DNA of 33,644 nt from a virus. Its lineage: Duplodnaviria; Caudoviricetes. Location: positions 1 through 33,644 of IMG/VR virus record IMGVR_UViG_3300005512_000168. One strand, given 5' to 3'. Both the position numbers and the translations under genes were made by a program. Below, piece after piece: positions 9,126 to 15,555 of this stretch (its first letter is position 1; the number at the start of each line of letters is the position of its first letter). Below the pieces are notes generated by a model. That model saw only the letters and a list, made by a program, of their open reading frames with translations, ran no database searches and was not told the DNA's origin.

Positions 9126-9319
9126 GCCTCCCTTGCAGCTATGTACTGCTTAGCCTGCCCAATGCTCATGCGGATACCGTTCAGAACGATAACCTTTGAT
9201 GCCGAGTAAGTTGAGCCGAGTGAGCTATGCTTGCGCACACCTGCTTTTGGTTGACTGATAACGACTGATGAGATGCCAGCTTCAATGGCGCGGCTGTGTA
9301 ATTTAGTTACTGCTTTCAT
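9122..9319 (-). CDS. Hypothetical protein
   Basis: GGAGG RBS and ATG. Confidence 0.6.
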   Translation of the reverse strand: MKAVTKLHSRAIEAGISSVVISQPKAGVRKHSSLGSTYSASKVIVLNGIRMSIGQAKQYIAAREA

Positions 9320-9331
9320 GATCTTTTCCTC

Positions 9332-9646
9332 CTATGCGTAGGTGGCTTCTGTGATTTCCCAGAGCTCCATGCCTGTTGCGGCATGGATCTTCTCAATGTT
9401 GTCATTGATCCGGCGGCGTGTTGTCACCACCAGATCAGACAGTGAGCCATCAACAAGCGACTCCAGAGAGAGCGAGGCAAGCTGATCGTTCAGCAGCTTG
9501 GTTTCATTCAAAAGGCTTTCGGCCATGTACTCCTGCTCAAGCTGCTCATTTTCAGCAGCCTCAAGCATTCTGCATTCTGCCTCAAGCGCAAAGGACTCCA
9601 TCGAGGCCTCATCTTCAGGCGTTGGGTTGTGAATATCTGTATTCAT
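9332..9646 (-). CDS. Acidic hypothetical protein, first gene of the leftward early operon (104 aa)
   Basis: AAGGAG RBS before ATG 9646. The longer track start crosses the promoters and is not credible. Confidence 0.65.
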   Translation of the reverse strand: MNTDIHNPTPEDEASMESFALEAECRMLEAAENEQLEQEYMAESLLNETKLLNDQLASLSLESLVDGSLSDLVVTTRRRINDNIEKIHAATGMELWEITEATYA

Positions 9647-9695
9647 GATCTTCTCCTTGTTTATAGATAGGATGATTGCCTCATCCATGACTAGC

Positions 9696-9723
9696 ATTAT
9701 ACGGGTTAATTTTAGGATTGCAA
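9696..9723 (-). promoter_or_regulatory. Leftward sigma70-like promoter
   Basis: Minus strand TTGCAA-N16-TATAAT in the AT-rich divergence region. Confidence 0.65.
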
Positions 9724-9744
9724 CAAGTTTTTTTAACTTTTTTT

Positions 9745-9772
9745 TAGCAAAGCGGTTAAAAGCGTGTATAAT
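9745..9772 (+). promoter_or_regulatory. Rightward sigma70-like promoter
   Basis: TAGCAA-N16-TATAAT upstream of the Arc-like gene. Confidence 0.55.
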
Positions 9773-9798
9773 GTATAGCACACAAACCGGAGATAGAT

Positions 9799-9939
9799 AT
9801 GAAGAGAAAATGTGCAGATGTGAAAGATGAGTTATGGCAGTATTTGAAAGAGAGAGCAAAGCGGAATGGCCGCACTGTTCATGGTGAGTTGAATTTTTTA
9901 CTGGAGGGCTTGAAGAAAAGAGATAAGGCTGTACAATGA
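9799..9939 (+). CDS. Arc/Mnt-like ribbon-helix-helix regulator 1 (46 aa)
   Basis: MKRKCADVKDELWQYLKERAKRNGRTVHGELNFLL resembles Arc helix motif A..NGRS...E. GGAG RBS; cro-equivalent position. Confidence 0.75.
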   Translation: MKRKCADVKDELWQYLKERAKRNGRTVHGELNFLLEGLKKRDKAVQ

Positions 9940-9963
9940 AATTACGCGCTGTAGGAGCGCATA

Positions 9964-10074
9964 GTGAGCGGAAAGCAGTCTCCTTTGGGCTGGTCTTTCC
10001 GACCGTATCAAACACTGTACCAACCAGTGCCGCTTACCGGAATCCCTACCGGAGAGATCAGCACTAAAGGAGAT
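9964..10074 (+). promoter_or_regulatory. Structured RNA leader with alternative anti-SD pairing
   Basis: 9978-10001 can pair (24 bp including G-U, one bulge) with 10050-10074, which contains RBS AAAGGAGA. Alternatively it folds locally inside stem 9964-9971/10030-10037. Confidence 0.6.
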
Positions 10075-10077
10075 TAT

Positions 10078-10278
10078 ATGTATTCAGATTGCTTTTTAAC
10101 CAATGATTATGATGGCATGTGCTGCGTCACAGGCTGTGATAGTCAGGTTAAGTTATCTTTTGATGTGAACGGTGTAATCCATTGTTTTGTGATGGATGAA
10201 GTGGAGGCGAAAGACTTGTTTGGTTGCCTTAATGGTGCCTTGAATTATTTGAGCGGTGAGCACAATGAGGTGGTTTAA
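10078..10278 (+). CDS. Hypothetical protein (66 aa)
   Basis: Strong AAAGGAG RBS before ATG 10078. Confidence 0.6.
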   Translation: MYSDCFLTNDYDGMCCVTGCDSQVKLSFDVNGVIHCFVMDEVEAKDLFGCLNGALNYLSGEHNEVV

Positions 10279-10861
10279 GCATGACTCAGACGCGCATCGT
10301 GACGCGAAGTTAAAAAAGCTGATGATGTCGTATGGCCTAGAGGGGTATGGGCTTTATTGGTACTGTCTGGAGTTGATAACTGGAGATGTGAACGAGAAAA
10401 AGTACACGTTTTCGCTTGAGCATGATGCAGATGTGATTGCTTTTGATACTGGATTATCACCAGAAAAAGCAATGGACATAATGAAGAAAATGGTTGATCT
10501 TGAGTTGTTTGAATCAACGGATGGAGTGATTAGCTGCTTAAAGCTGGCCAAAAGACTGGATCAGTCTATGACATCCAACCCGATAATGAGGAAAATCATT
10601 GATGGAGTCAAAAAACAAGGAGTTATTTCTAATAGTCATGACGCGGTCATGATTCAGTCATGTGAAAGTCATGATGCAGTCATGCAAGAAGAGACTAGAT
10701 TAGATAAGATTAGATTAGATAAACAGCATATAGCTGAAAACTCTCCTGCTTCCGACAAGTCGAAAGCTATCCCGTACCAGAAGATCATAGATCTATATCA
10801 TTCACTAACAATAACTGAAATAGGGATTAGTTATGGCGCGAAAATATGTAGAGGTAGATGA
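10265..10861 (+). CDS. Replication initiator-like protein 1 (Lin1244/DUF4373-like N-terminal wHTH), probably C-terminally truncated
   Basis: N-terminus MRWFKHDSDAHRDAKL..L...YGLEGYGLYW..LE, internal iteron-like repeats and RLDKIRLD linker. Ends shortly after IPYQKIIDLYH. Confidence 0.7.
   Translation: MRWFKHDSDAHRDAKLKKLMMSYGLEGYGLYWYCLELITGDVNEKKYTFSLEHDADVIAFDTGLSPEKAMDIMKKMVDLELFESTDGVISCLKLAKRLDQSMTSNPIMRKIIDGVKKQGVISNSHDAVMIQSCESHDAVMQEETRLDKIRLDKQHIAENSPASDKSKAIPYQKIIDLYHSLTITEIGISYGAKICRGR
10635..10684 (+). repeat. Iteron-like array: five GTCATG at exact 11-bp spacing
   Basis: GTCATG at 10635, 10646, 10657, 10668 and 10679, followed by AT-rich TAGAT/AAGAT repeats. Confidence 0.75.
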
Positions 10862-10973
10862 CGAAAAGTGGACACAGCTTAAAGAGTTCGCAAAGAAAAA
10901 TGGCAGAACCTTGTCTGGTCAACTGGATGAGATTCTGAAAAATTGGCTTGCAAAGCAGTCAAAAAAGTCATAA
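10833..10973 (+). CDS. Arc/Mnt-like ribbon-helix-helix regulator 2 (46 aa)
   Basis: MARKYVEVDDEKWTQLKEFAKKNGRTLSGQLDEIL; 19/46 identical to 9799-9939 without gaps. Confidence 0.75.
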   Translation: MARKYVEVDDEKWTQLKEFAKKNGRTLSGQLDEILKNWLAKQSKKS

Positions 10974-10982
10974 TGTTTTAGT

Positions 10983-11032
10983 CGCGGCTAGGGAATGCAA
11001 CCCGAACCTCTGAACCTAGACAGACTGCCGCG
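10983..11032 (+). ncRNA. C4-antisense-like cloverleaf RNA upstream of initiator 2
   Basis: Closing stem CGCGGC(T)AG/CTGCCGCG with hairpins GGG/CCC and TCTG/CAGA. Loop CCTAGA is complementary to TCTAGG (11043) and CTAGG (11058, overlapping the RBS). Confidence 0.65.
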
Positions 11033-11070
11033 CATTTTTTTATCTAGGCAATTTCTACTAGGAGAGATTG

Positions 11071-11739
11071 ATGCACTACTACCAATTTAATATTGGCGAC
11101 TACAAGAGCCACACCGACCACCTAGATCCTTTGGAAGATATAGCTTACCGGAGGATGATAGATTGGTTGTATCTTCACGAAAAACCGCTCCCAGATGATG
11201 TTAATCAGATAGCCAGATTGATTAACATGCGTTCGCATAGCGATTGTATAGCGATTGTAATGCAGGAGTTCTTCGAGACTACCTCAGAGGGTCTTATCAA
11301 TAAGCGCGTTTCACTAGAGATTGATGCTTTTCACAGTAAAGGTGAGAAGGCTAGAGCTTCTGCAAAGGCTAGATGGGATAAAGTTAAAGCATTGAAGGGC
11401 AAGGGTAATGATGCGAACGCATTGCGAGCGCAATCCGAAGGCAATGCTAACCATAAACCAATAACCAATAACCATAAACCAATAACCAAAGAAAAGAAGG
11501 GGGGTAAACCCCGATTCTCGCCACCAACGCTAGAAGAGGTTAAGCAAGAGGTTTCAGAAAAACTCTACCGTGTGGACCCTGAAGCCTTCTTTTTTCACTA
11601 CGAGGGCAACGGCTGGATGGTGGGCAAAAACAAAATGAAGAATTGGAGGATGGCTCTTGCAAGCTGGAACAAGCGAGAGGGTCAGAACCAAAAGCAGAAA
11701 GGCACTGGATTCAACCGCCTGATGGAGTTGGCGCAATGA
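11071..11739 (+). CDS. Replication initiator-like protein 2 (YdaU/DUF1376 family)
   Basis: MHYYQFNIGDY...T.HL..LE..AYRR, NHKPITNNHKPIT linker and C-terminal FSPPTLEEV...F..HYE.NGW.VGKNKMKNW domain. Confidence 0.85.
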   Translation: MHYYQFNIGDYKSHTDHLDPLEDIAYRRMIDWLYLHEKPLPDDVNQIARLINMRSHSDCIAIVMQEFFETTSEGLINKRVSLEIDAFHSKGEKARASAKARWDKVKALKGKGNDANALRAQSEGNANHKPITNNHKPITKEKKGGKPRFSPPTLEEVKQEVSEKLYRVDPEAFFFHYEGNGWMVGKNKMKNWRMALASWNKREGQNQKQKGTGFNRLMELAQ

Positions 11740-12113
11740 TTACAGAGAGAGATATTAAACGGGCATCCAGATTGATTTTGCGCTTGCAGGTTAGATTTCC
11801 GAATTCATTTAACAATTTCAAAGATAACGATCCAATGCTCGACTTGATGGCAGAAGAATGGGCTAGGGATCTGCAAAAGTATTCAGATGATGATCTGTTG
11901 CGAGGTTTGGAGTCTGTGCGAACTAGCGGCACTACATTTTGCCCTTCGCTTCCAGAATTCATCGCTCTTTGCAGGCCAGCGCGATCTCATGCGGCTCACC
12001 GTCTGGATACTCTACCGCCACCAGTGAAGGTGGTTAGCGATGAGGAAGCGGCAAAGAATGTTCGCAAGTTGAAACAAATTATGTCTGGAGCTGTTACTGA
12101 TGGATTGGAATAA
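11736..12113 (+). CDS. Helicase loader-like protein (lambda P / G39P position)
   Basis: ATGA overlap with the initiator; W..DL and FCPSLPEF..LC motifs. Confidence 0.65.
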   Translation: MITERDIKRASRLILRLQVRFPNSFNNFKDNDPMLDLMAEEWARDLQKYSDDDLLRGLESVRTSGTTFCPSLPEFIALCRPARSHAAHRLDTLPPPVKVVSDEEAAKNVRKLKQIMSGAVTDGLE

Positions 12114-12315
12114 ATTGTGTGAAGAGTTAAGTGATGATCTTAGTATGATGAACTTTGCTTATGAGGAAAAGCAGAGGTTGGATGCTGAGTATCTGGAAAT
12201 GCTGAAGGGTGTTGCTGCTGGCAAAAAAGCGCCAGATTTTCCGCAAAAGATAACTATGGAGGAAATTCTCGCAGAGGCTGGGGTTTCTGCTAAGCGATAC
12301 GATGGAGGTGTATAG
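12100..12315 (+). CDS. Hypothetical protein
   Basis: GGAG RBS; overlaps the upstream gene. Confidence 0.55.
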   Translation: MDWNKLCEELSDDLSMMNFAYEEKQRLDAEYLEMLKGVAAGKKAPDFPQKITMEEILAEAGVSAKRYDGGV

Positions 12316-12488
12316 TGCCTTGGCCTACAGGTGATCGCCATCATAAGGCGCGGCTATCAGATCAGGACGTAGAGCTAATGCGTCAATTGAGAGAGGGCGG
12401 CATGACCTACAGAGAGATAGCGGAGAAGTTTGAGTGCTCTCTGTGGACTGCGCGATCAATCGTCACATACGCGTCAAGATATCGCTAA
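12315..12488 (+). CDS. Small HTH DNA-binding protein (57 aa)
   Basis: GTG start with GGAGG RBS; GDRHHKARLSDQDVELMRQLREGGMTYREIAEKFECS. Confidence 0.75.
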   Translation: MPWPTGDRHHKARLSDQDVELMRQLREGGMTYREIAEKFECSLWTARSIVTYASRYR

Positions 12489-12510
12489 AAAAGCATTACG
12501 GAAGAATATA

Positions 12511-12741
12511 ATGGGAAAAATAAAAATACCATATCAAGAGCTACTTGATAACGGATTTACAAAACACGGGAACTGGTACATCAGAGGCAATGTCTCTATA
12601 AATCTATTGGGCCAGTCATTATTGCATGGTGGCAATCCGTCGTTTTATATCGACATGGATGAATTTGAGCCACATGGAGATATAACATTGAAGGACGTAA
12701 TGGCTTTGTCTGAAGTTATGGCGAAGCTAACGGGATATTAG
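12511..12741 (+). CDS. Hypothetical protein (76 aa) abutting the first attC-like site
   Basis: ATG 12511; stop lies 2 nt before the GCCCAAC core. Confidence 0.5.
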   Translation: MGKIKIPYQELLDNGFTKHGNWYIRGNVSINLLGQSLLHGGNPSFYIDMDEFEPHGDITLKDVMALSEVMAKLTGY

Positions 12742-12743
12742 AA

Positions 12744-12807
12744 GCCCAACGACCATGTTTTGCGGCGTGTAGCGCAGCGGAACGTCCGAAACAACTACTT
12801 GTTATAT
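12744..12807 (-). other. attC-like recombination site 1 (64 bp)
   Basis: Minus strand ATATAAC-AAGTA-GTTGTTT-CGG-A-CGT-TCCGCTGCGCTAC-ACG-CCG-CAAAAC-ATGGTC-GTTGGGC: R'', 5-nt spacer, L'' with extra bases, L', 6-nt spacer, R'. Confidence 0.85.
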
Positions 12808-12829
12808 TGCGATTTGAACGGTTGAGAAT

Positions 12830-13585
12830 ATGGAAAAAGTAACGATAGAAAAAGCTGACCTTTATTGTGGCGACTGCCTGGATGTTTTCCCGTTAGTTGG
12901 AGGCGTTGACCTAATTTTAACCGACCCACCATATTCATCAGGCGGGGCATATAGATCAGACAGGACTCAAACAACAGACAAGAAATACCAACATACAGCA
13001 GAAACCACTCGCAGTTATGCGACTTTTAGCGGCGACAACAGAGATCAGCGTAGCTTTGAAAAATGGTGCGCGGAATGGATGCGCGGATGCCTTGATATAA
13101 CAAATGAGGGTGGAGTTATTGGTGCATTCATAGATTGGAGGAATATTGCTTCGGTAATTGATGCAATGCAGGTTGCTGGATGGGTTTACCGTGGGGTCGT
13201 GCCTTGGCACAAAGGAGAAGATCAACGACCGCGGAAAGGGTGGTTTAGGGCTAATGTTGAATATGTAGTTCTTGGTTCGGCTGGGCCGATGCTGACAGGG
13301 CATAAGGCTGACGGATTATGCGCGGATGGGGTTGTATATTGCAGGATCAACGGAAACGAGAAATTACACCAGACAGGAAAGCCGATAGATTTGATGACTT
13401 ATTTGATGCAGGTGCGCGGAGATTGGGATGTTGTTTTTGATCCTTTTATGGGTAGCGGCACAACTGGAGTAGCAGCGTTGAATTTAGGAAAAAAATTTAT
13501 CGGCGTTGAAAAGGAAAAACATTATTTTGATGTTGCCTGCTCGCGCATCAAGGCGGAACGCGCTCAAGGTAGATTAGCAATATAA
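12830..13585 (+). CDS. DNA N6-adenine/N4-cytosine methyltransferase, beta class (cassette-borne)
   Basis: DPPY precedes HQTGKP and DPFMGSGTTG; stop TAA lies within the TAAC core. Confidence 0.9.
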   Translation: MEKVTIEKADLYCGDCLDVFPLVGGVDLILTDPPYSSGGAYRSDRTQTTDKKYQHTAETTRSYATFSGDNRDQRSFEKWCAEWMRGCLDITNEGGVIGAFIDWRNIASVIDAMQVAGWVYRGVVPWHKGEDQRPRKGWFRANVEYVVLGSAGPMLTGHKADGLCADGVVYCRINGNEKLHQTGKPIDLMTYLMQVRGDWDVVFDPFMGSGTTGVAALNLGKKFIGVEKEKHYFDVACSRIKAERAQGRLAI

Positions 13586-13666
13586 CGACCTGATAAGCGG
13601 GCCGCAACGGGCATTACAGAAAACACGGCGGAGCATCACGGCTCCGTCTTTATTAACTTGTTAGAT
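13580..13666 (-). other. attC-like recombination site 2 (87 bp)
   Basis: Plus strand ATATAAC...ATAAGCGGGCCG / CGGC(T)CCG(T)CTT(T)AT...GTTAGAT; unpaired bases all lie in the right arm. Confidence 0.85.
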
Positions 13667-13677
13667 TGAGGGTTATT

Positions 13678-13878
13678 ATGGAAACGAAACAGGTAGAGAT
13701 TGGTGCAACATGTCATTTGACTAGCACAGTTTATAGCGGCGGTAGCATGGATGTTTATCTGGACTACATAGAGCATTCAGCGGACCACTGGCACAGCGAC
13801 ACAGAAACCAGTCTGGATATCGACAAGGATAAGGCGGTTGAGATAATTAACTTTCTCAAAGATGCCTTTTCAATCTAA
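13678..13878 (+). CDS. Cassette-borne hypothetical protein (66 aa)
   Basis: GAGG RBS, ATG 13678; stop TAA lies within ATCTAAC. Confidence 0.7.
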   Translation: METKQVEIGATCHLTSTVYSGGSMDVYLDYIEHSADHWHSDTETSLDIDKDKAVEIINFLKDAFSI

Positions 13879-13958
13879 CGCCTGAGCTGAGCCGCCAGCC
13901 ACGGATTGCCTTTGGGAAAAGGCAGCTTATTCTGGTCGGCTCTAGCGTATTGTTATAA
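13873..13958 (-). other. attC-like recombination site 3 (86 bp)
   Basis: Plus strand ATCTAAC-GCCTGA-GCTGAGCCGCCAG...CTGG(T)CGGCTC(T)AGC-GTATT-GTTATAA, with inner hairpin TGCCTTT/AAAGGCA. Confidence 0.9.
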
Positions 13959-13983
13959 TGCAGGGCTTTATTGGAGGTAGATT

Positions 13984-14163
13984 TTGAAAATAGGAAAAGT
14001 TAGCATGATGGTAGAGGTTGACGGAAAGGCTTGCGTGGTGGTGCTGCCAAAAGAAAGAATGCTGATGTTGGTGGACTTGGCAGCGAGTTTAAGCGATTCA
14101 GGAAAGCTCCCAGTTAAAAAACTTGGCAGCGAGTATAAATTTGAAACTATAGAAGCATTATAA
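13984..14163 (+). CDS. Cassette-borne hypothetical protein (59 aa)
   Basis: GGAGG RBS, TTG start, MKIGKVSMMVEVDGKACVVVLP...; stop TAA lies within TTATAAC. Below the ORF-track cutoff. Confidence 0.7.
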   Translation: MKIGKVSMMVEVDGKACVVVLPKERMLMLVDLAASLSDSGKLPVKKLGSEYKFETIEAL

Positions 14164-14176
14164 CAGTGTGCTATAC
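14158..14176 (-). other. Candidate attI/attG-like cassette entry site
   Basis: Minus strand GTATAGC-ACACT-G/TTATAA: degenerate L box, 5-nt spacer, R core, and no hairpin arm. Confidence 0.5.
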
Positions 14177-14414
14177 GGAATTGAAGCCTGAACCACTACA
14201 ACTTGACCTTGCCTTTCTCAAAGAATGCACCAAGCACAGCAGCTACGACGAAAAGGCACAGATCTGGAAGGATTGGAAAAAGAATTTTGAGGAAGGTATG
14301 GAGGCAGCGCAGAAACAGGGGTTGCCAGATTATAAGATTCAAAATGCTGGCAGATTCAGAGCAAACTCCCTCTTACGGGAGCGGATAGCACTTAGGAAGG
14401 AGTTGAGAGGGTGA
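14166..14414 (+). CDS. Hypothetical protein (start uncertain)
   Basis: Open frame overlapping the ninB start; no clear RBS. Confidence 0.45.
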   Translation: MCYTELKPEPLQLDLAFLKECTKHSSYDEKAQIWKDWKKNFEEGMEAAQKQGLPDYKIQNAGRFRANSLLRERIALRKELRG

Positions 14415-14794
14415 TGCGCTTTATAATAAACAGCAAGCAGGTCAAGCGTAATTGTCTCGATGCGGTCATGGAAATACGAGGTGATGACCAGATGGAGGTT
14501 GTTATCCAGAAGCACAAGAGGCGAAAGACGGACGAGCAGAGATCTTTCTGGCACGTCCTGTTATCAATTCTAGGTGAAGAAACAGGTTATACGCTAGGTG
14601 AGGTTAAATATCTGGTTAAAGCCGCTGTAATCGGCTCTGAAACGGTTTCAGTGGGTAATATGACTGTAGAGGTGGTTCCAAGTAGCGAAAAGCAGGATAG
14701 AGAGCGTTATTCTGAACTGATTGAGGCTACATATCGGATTGCAGCAGAGGCAGGGATTGAGCTGCCGCCAGCGAGGTTTATTGGTGATGGCTAA
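14414..14794 (+). CDS. ninB: NinB/Orf-like recombination protein
   Basis: VVIQKHKRRKTDEQRSFWH, and SELIE...AAE.GI near the C-terminus; lies upstream of ninG. Confidence 0.7.
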   Translation: MRFIINSKQVKRNCLDAVMEIRGDDQMEVVIQKHKRRKTDEQRSFWHVLLSILGEETGYTLGEVKYLVKAAVIGSETVSVGNMTVEVVPSSEKQDRERYSELIEATYRIAAEAGIELPPARFIGDG

Positions 14795-15359
14795 ACAGAA
14801 GAAATGCTCCCAATGCGGCAAAGGCTTTCAGGCTAGTAATTCCATGCAAAAAGTCTGCTCCCTTGATTGTGCGCTGAAGGTTGGTAGAAAAAAGGCAGCA
14901 CAGGAAAAGCAGAAGGCTCATAGAGCGGCTAAACGCAAGCTGCTGGATGAGGATAGAGGGCACTGGCTGAAGGCTGCACAAAATGCGTTTAATCAATTTG
15001 TGAGAGAGCGAGATAAGTTAGAGCCTTGCATCTCTTGCGGTCGATTCCATGATGGTCAGTACCATGCAGGTCACTACCGTACTGTTGGCGCTCATCCAGA
15101 GTTGAGATTTCACCCGTTTAACAACAACAAGCAGTGCGCTCCTTGCAATAACCATAAGTCAGGGGATATTGTGAACTACCGCATCAATCTGAAGGATAAG
15201 ATTGGGGAGGCTAACTTAGAATGGTTGGAGGGGTATCACGAACCTTGCAAGTGGACGATAGAAGATCTGAAAGAGATCAAGGCGTATTACATGGAGCAAT
15301 TGAAGATTTTGAAGAGTAAGGACAATTTTGAACGATGGACGGAGGGATTGAATGGCTGA
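14787..15359 (+). CDS. ninG: NinG/Rap-like endonuclease
   Basis: AQNAFNQFVRERD..PCISCG...HAGHYRTVGAHPELRF...QCAPCNNHKSG motifs. Confidence 0.92.
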   Translation: MAKQKKCSQCGKGFQASNSMQKVCSLDCALKVGRKKAAQEKQKAHRAAKRKLLDEDRGHWLKAAQNAFNQFVRERDKLEPCISCGRFHDGQYHAGHYRTVGAHPELRFHPFNNNKQCAPCNNHKSGDIVNYRINLKDKIGEANLEWLEGYHEPCKWTIEDLKEIKAYYMEQLKILKSKDNFERWTEGLNG

Positions 15360-15555
15360 TGATGCAGATAACGCAATGACTTACATTGAGCAGGAGCGTG
15401 AGATGTGTATTGCCAGAGCTAGAAAGACGTTACCAAAAGTAACCAAGGGTATTTGTCAGAATTGCGGAGAAATAAGCACTACTCTGAGAAATATGACCTG
15501 CACAGACTGTAGAGCGGAGCTGGAGCAGTTGGCAGGTAGATTTGCAGGTTATTGA
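15352..15555 (+). CDS. TraR/DksA-type C4 zinc-finger protein
   Basis: MADDADNA N-terminus, CQNCGE and CTDC. Confidence 0.75.
   Translation: MADDADNAMTYIEQEREMCIARARKTLPKVTKGICQNCGEISTTLRNMTCTDCRAELEQLAGRFAGY

Larger units (their letters stand above)
12750..14163 (-). mobile_element. Array of three integron-type gene cassettes lacking an integrase (CALIN-like): 12750-13585, 13586-13878, 13879-14163
   Basis: Three attC-like sites alternate with single ORFs. Each ORF is bracketed by its own perfect 10-bp inverted repeat built on GTT/AAC. Confidence 0.85.

Noticed and set aside
9647-10015. N-terminal extension of ORF 9332..10015
   Set aside because: It crosses both promoters and the Arc-like gene; the real RBS precedes ATG 9646.
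10983-11032. tRNA gene
   Set aside because: Only about 50 nt with two inner arms and no T-loop consensus; it fits a C4-like RNA better.
12744-13958. The palindromes as terminators, REP elements or CRISPR repeats
   Set aside because: They have no U-tracts, differ in sequence from each other and are separated by whole genes. The cassette-specific GTT/AAC ends fit attC.
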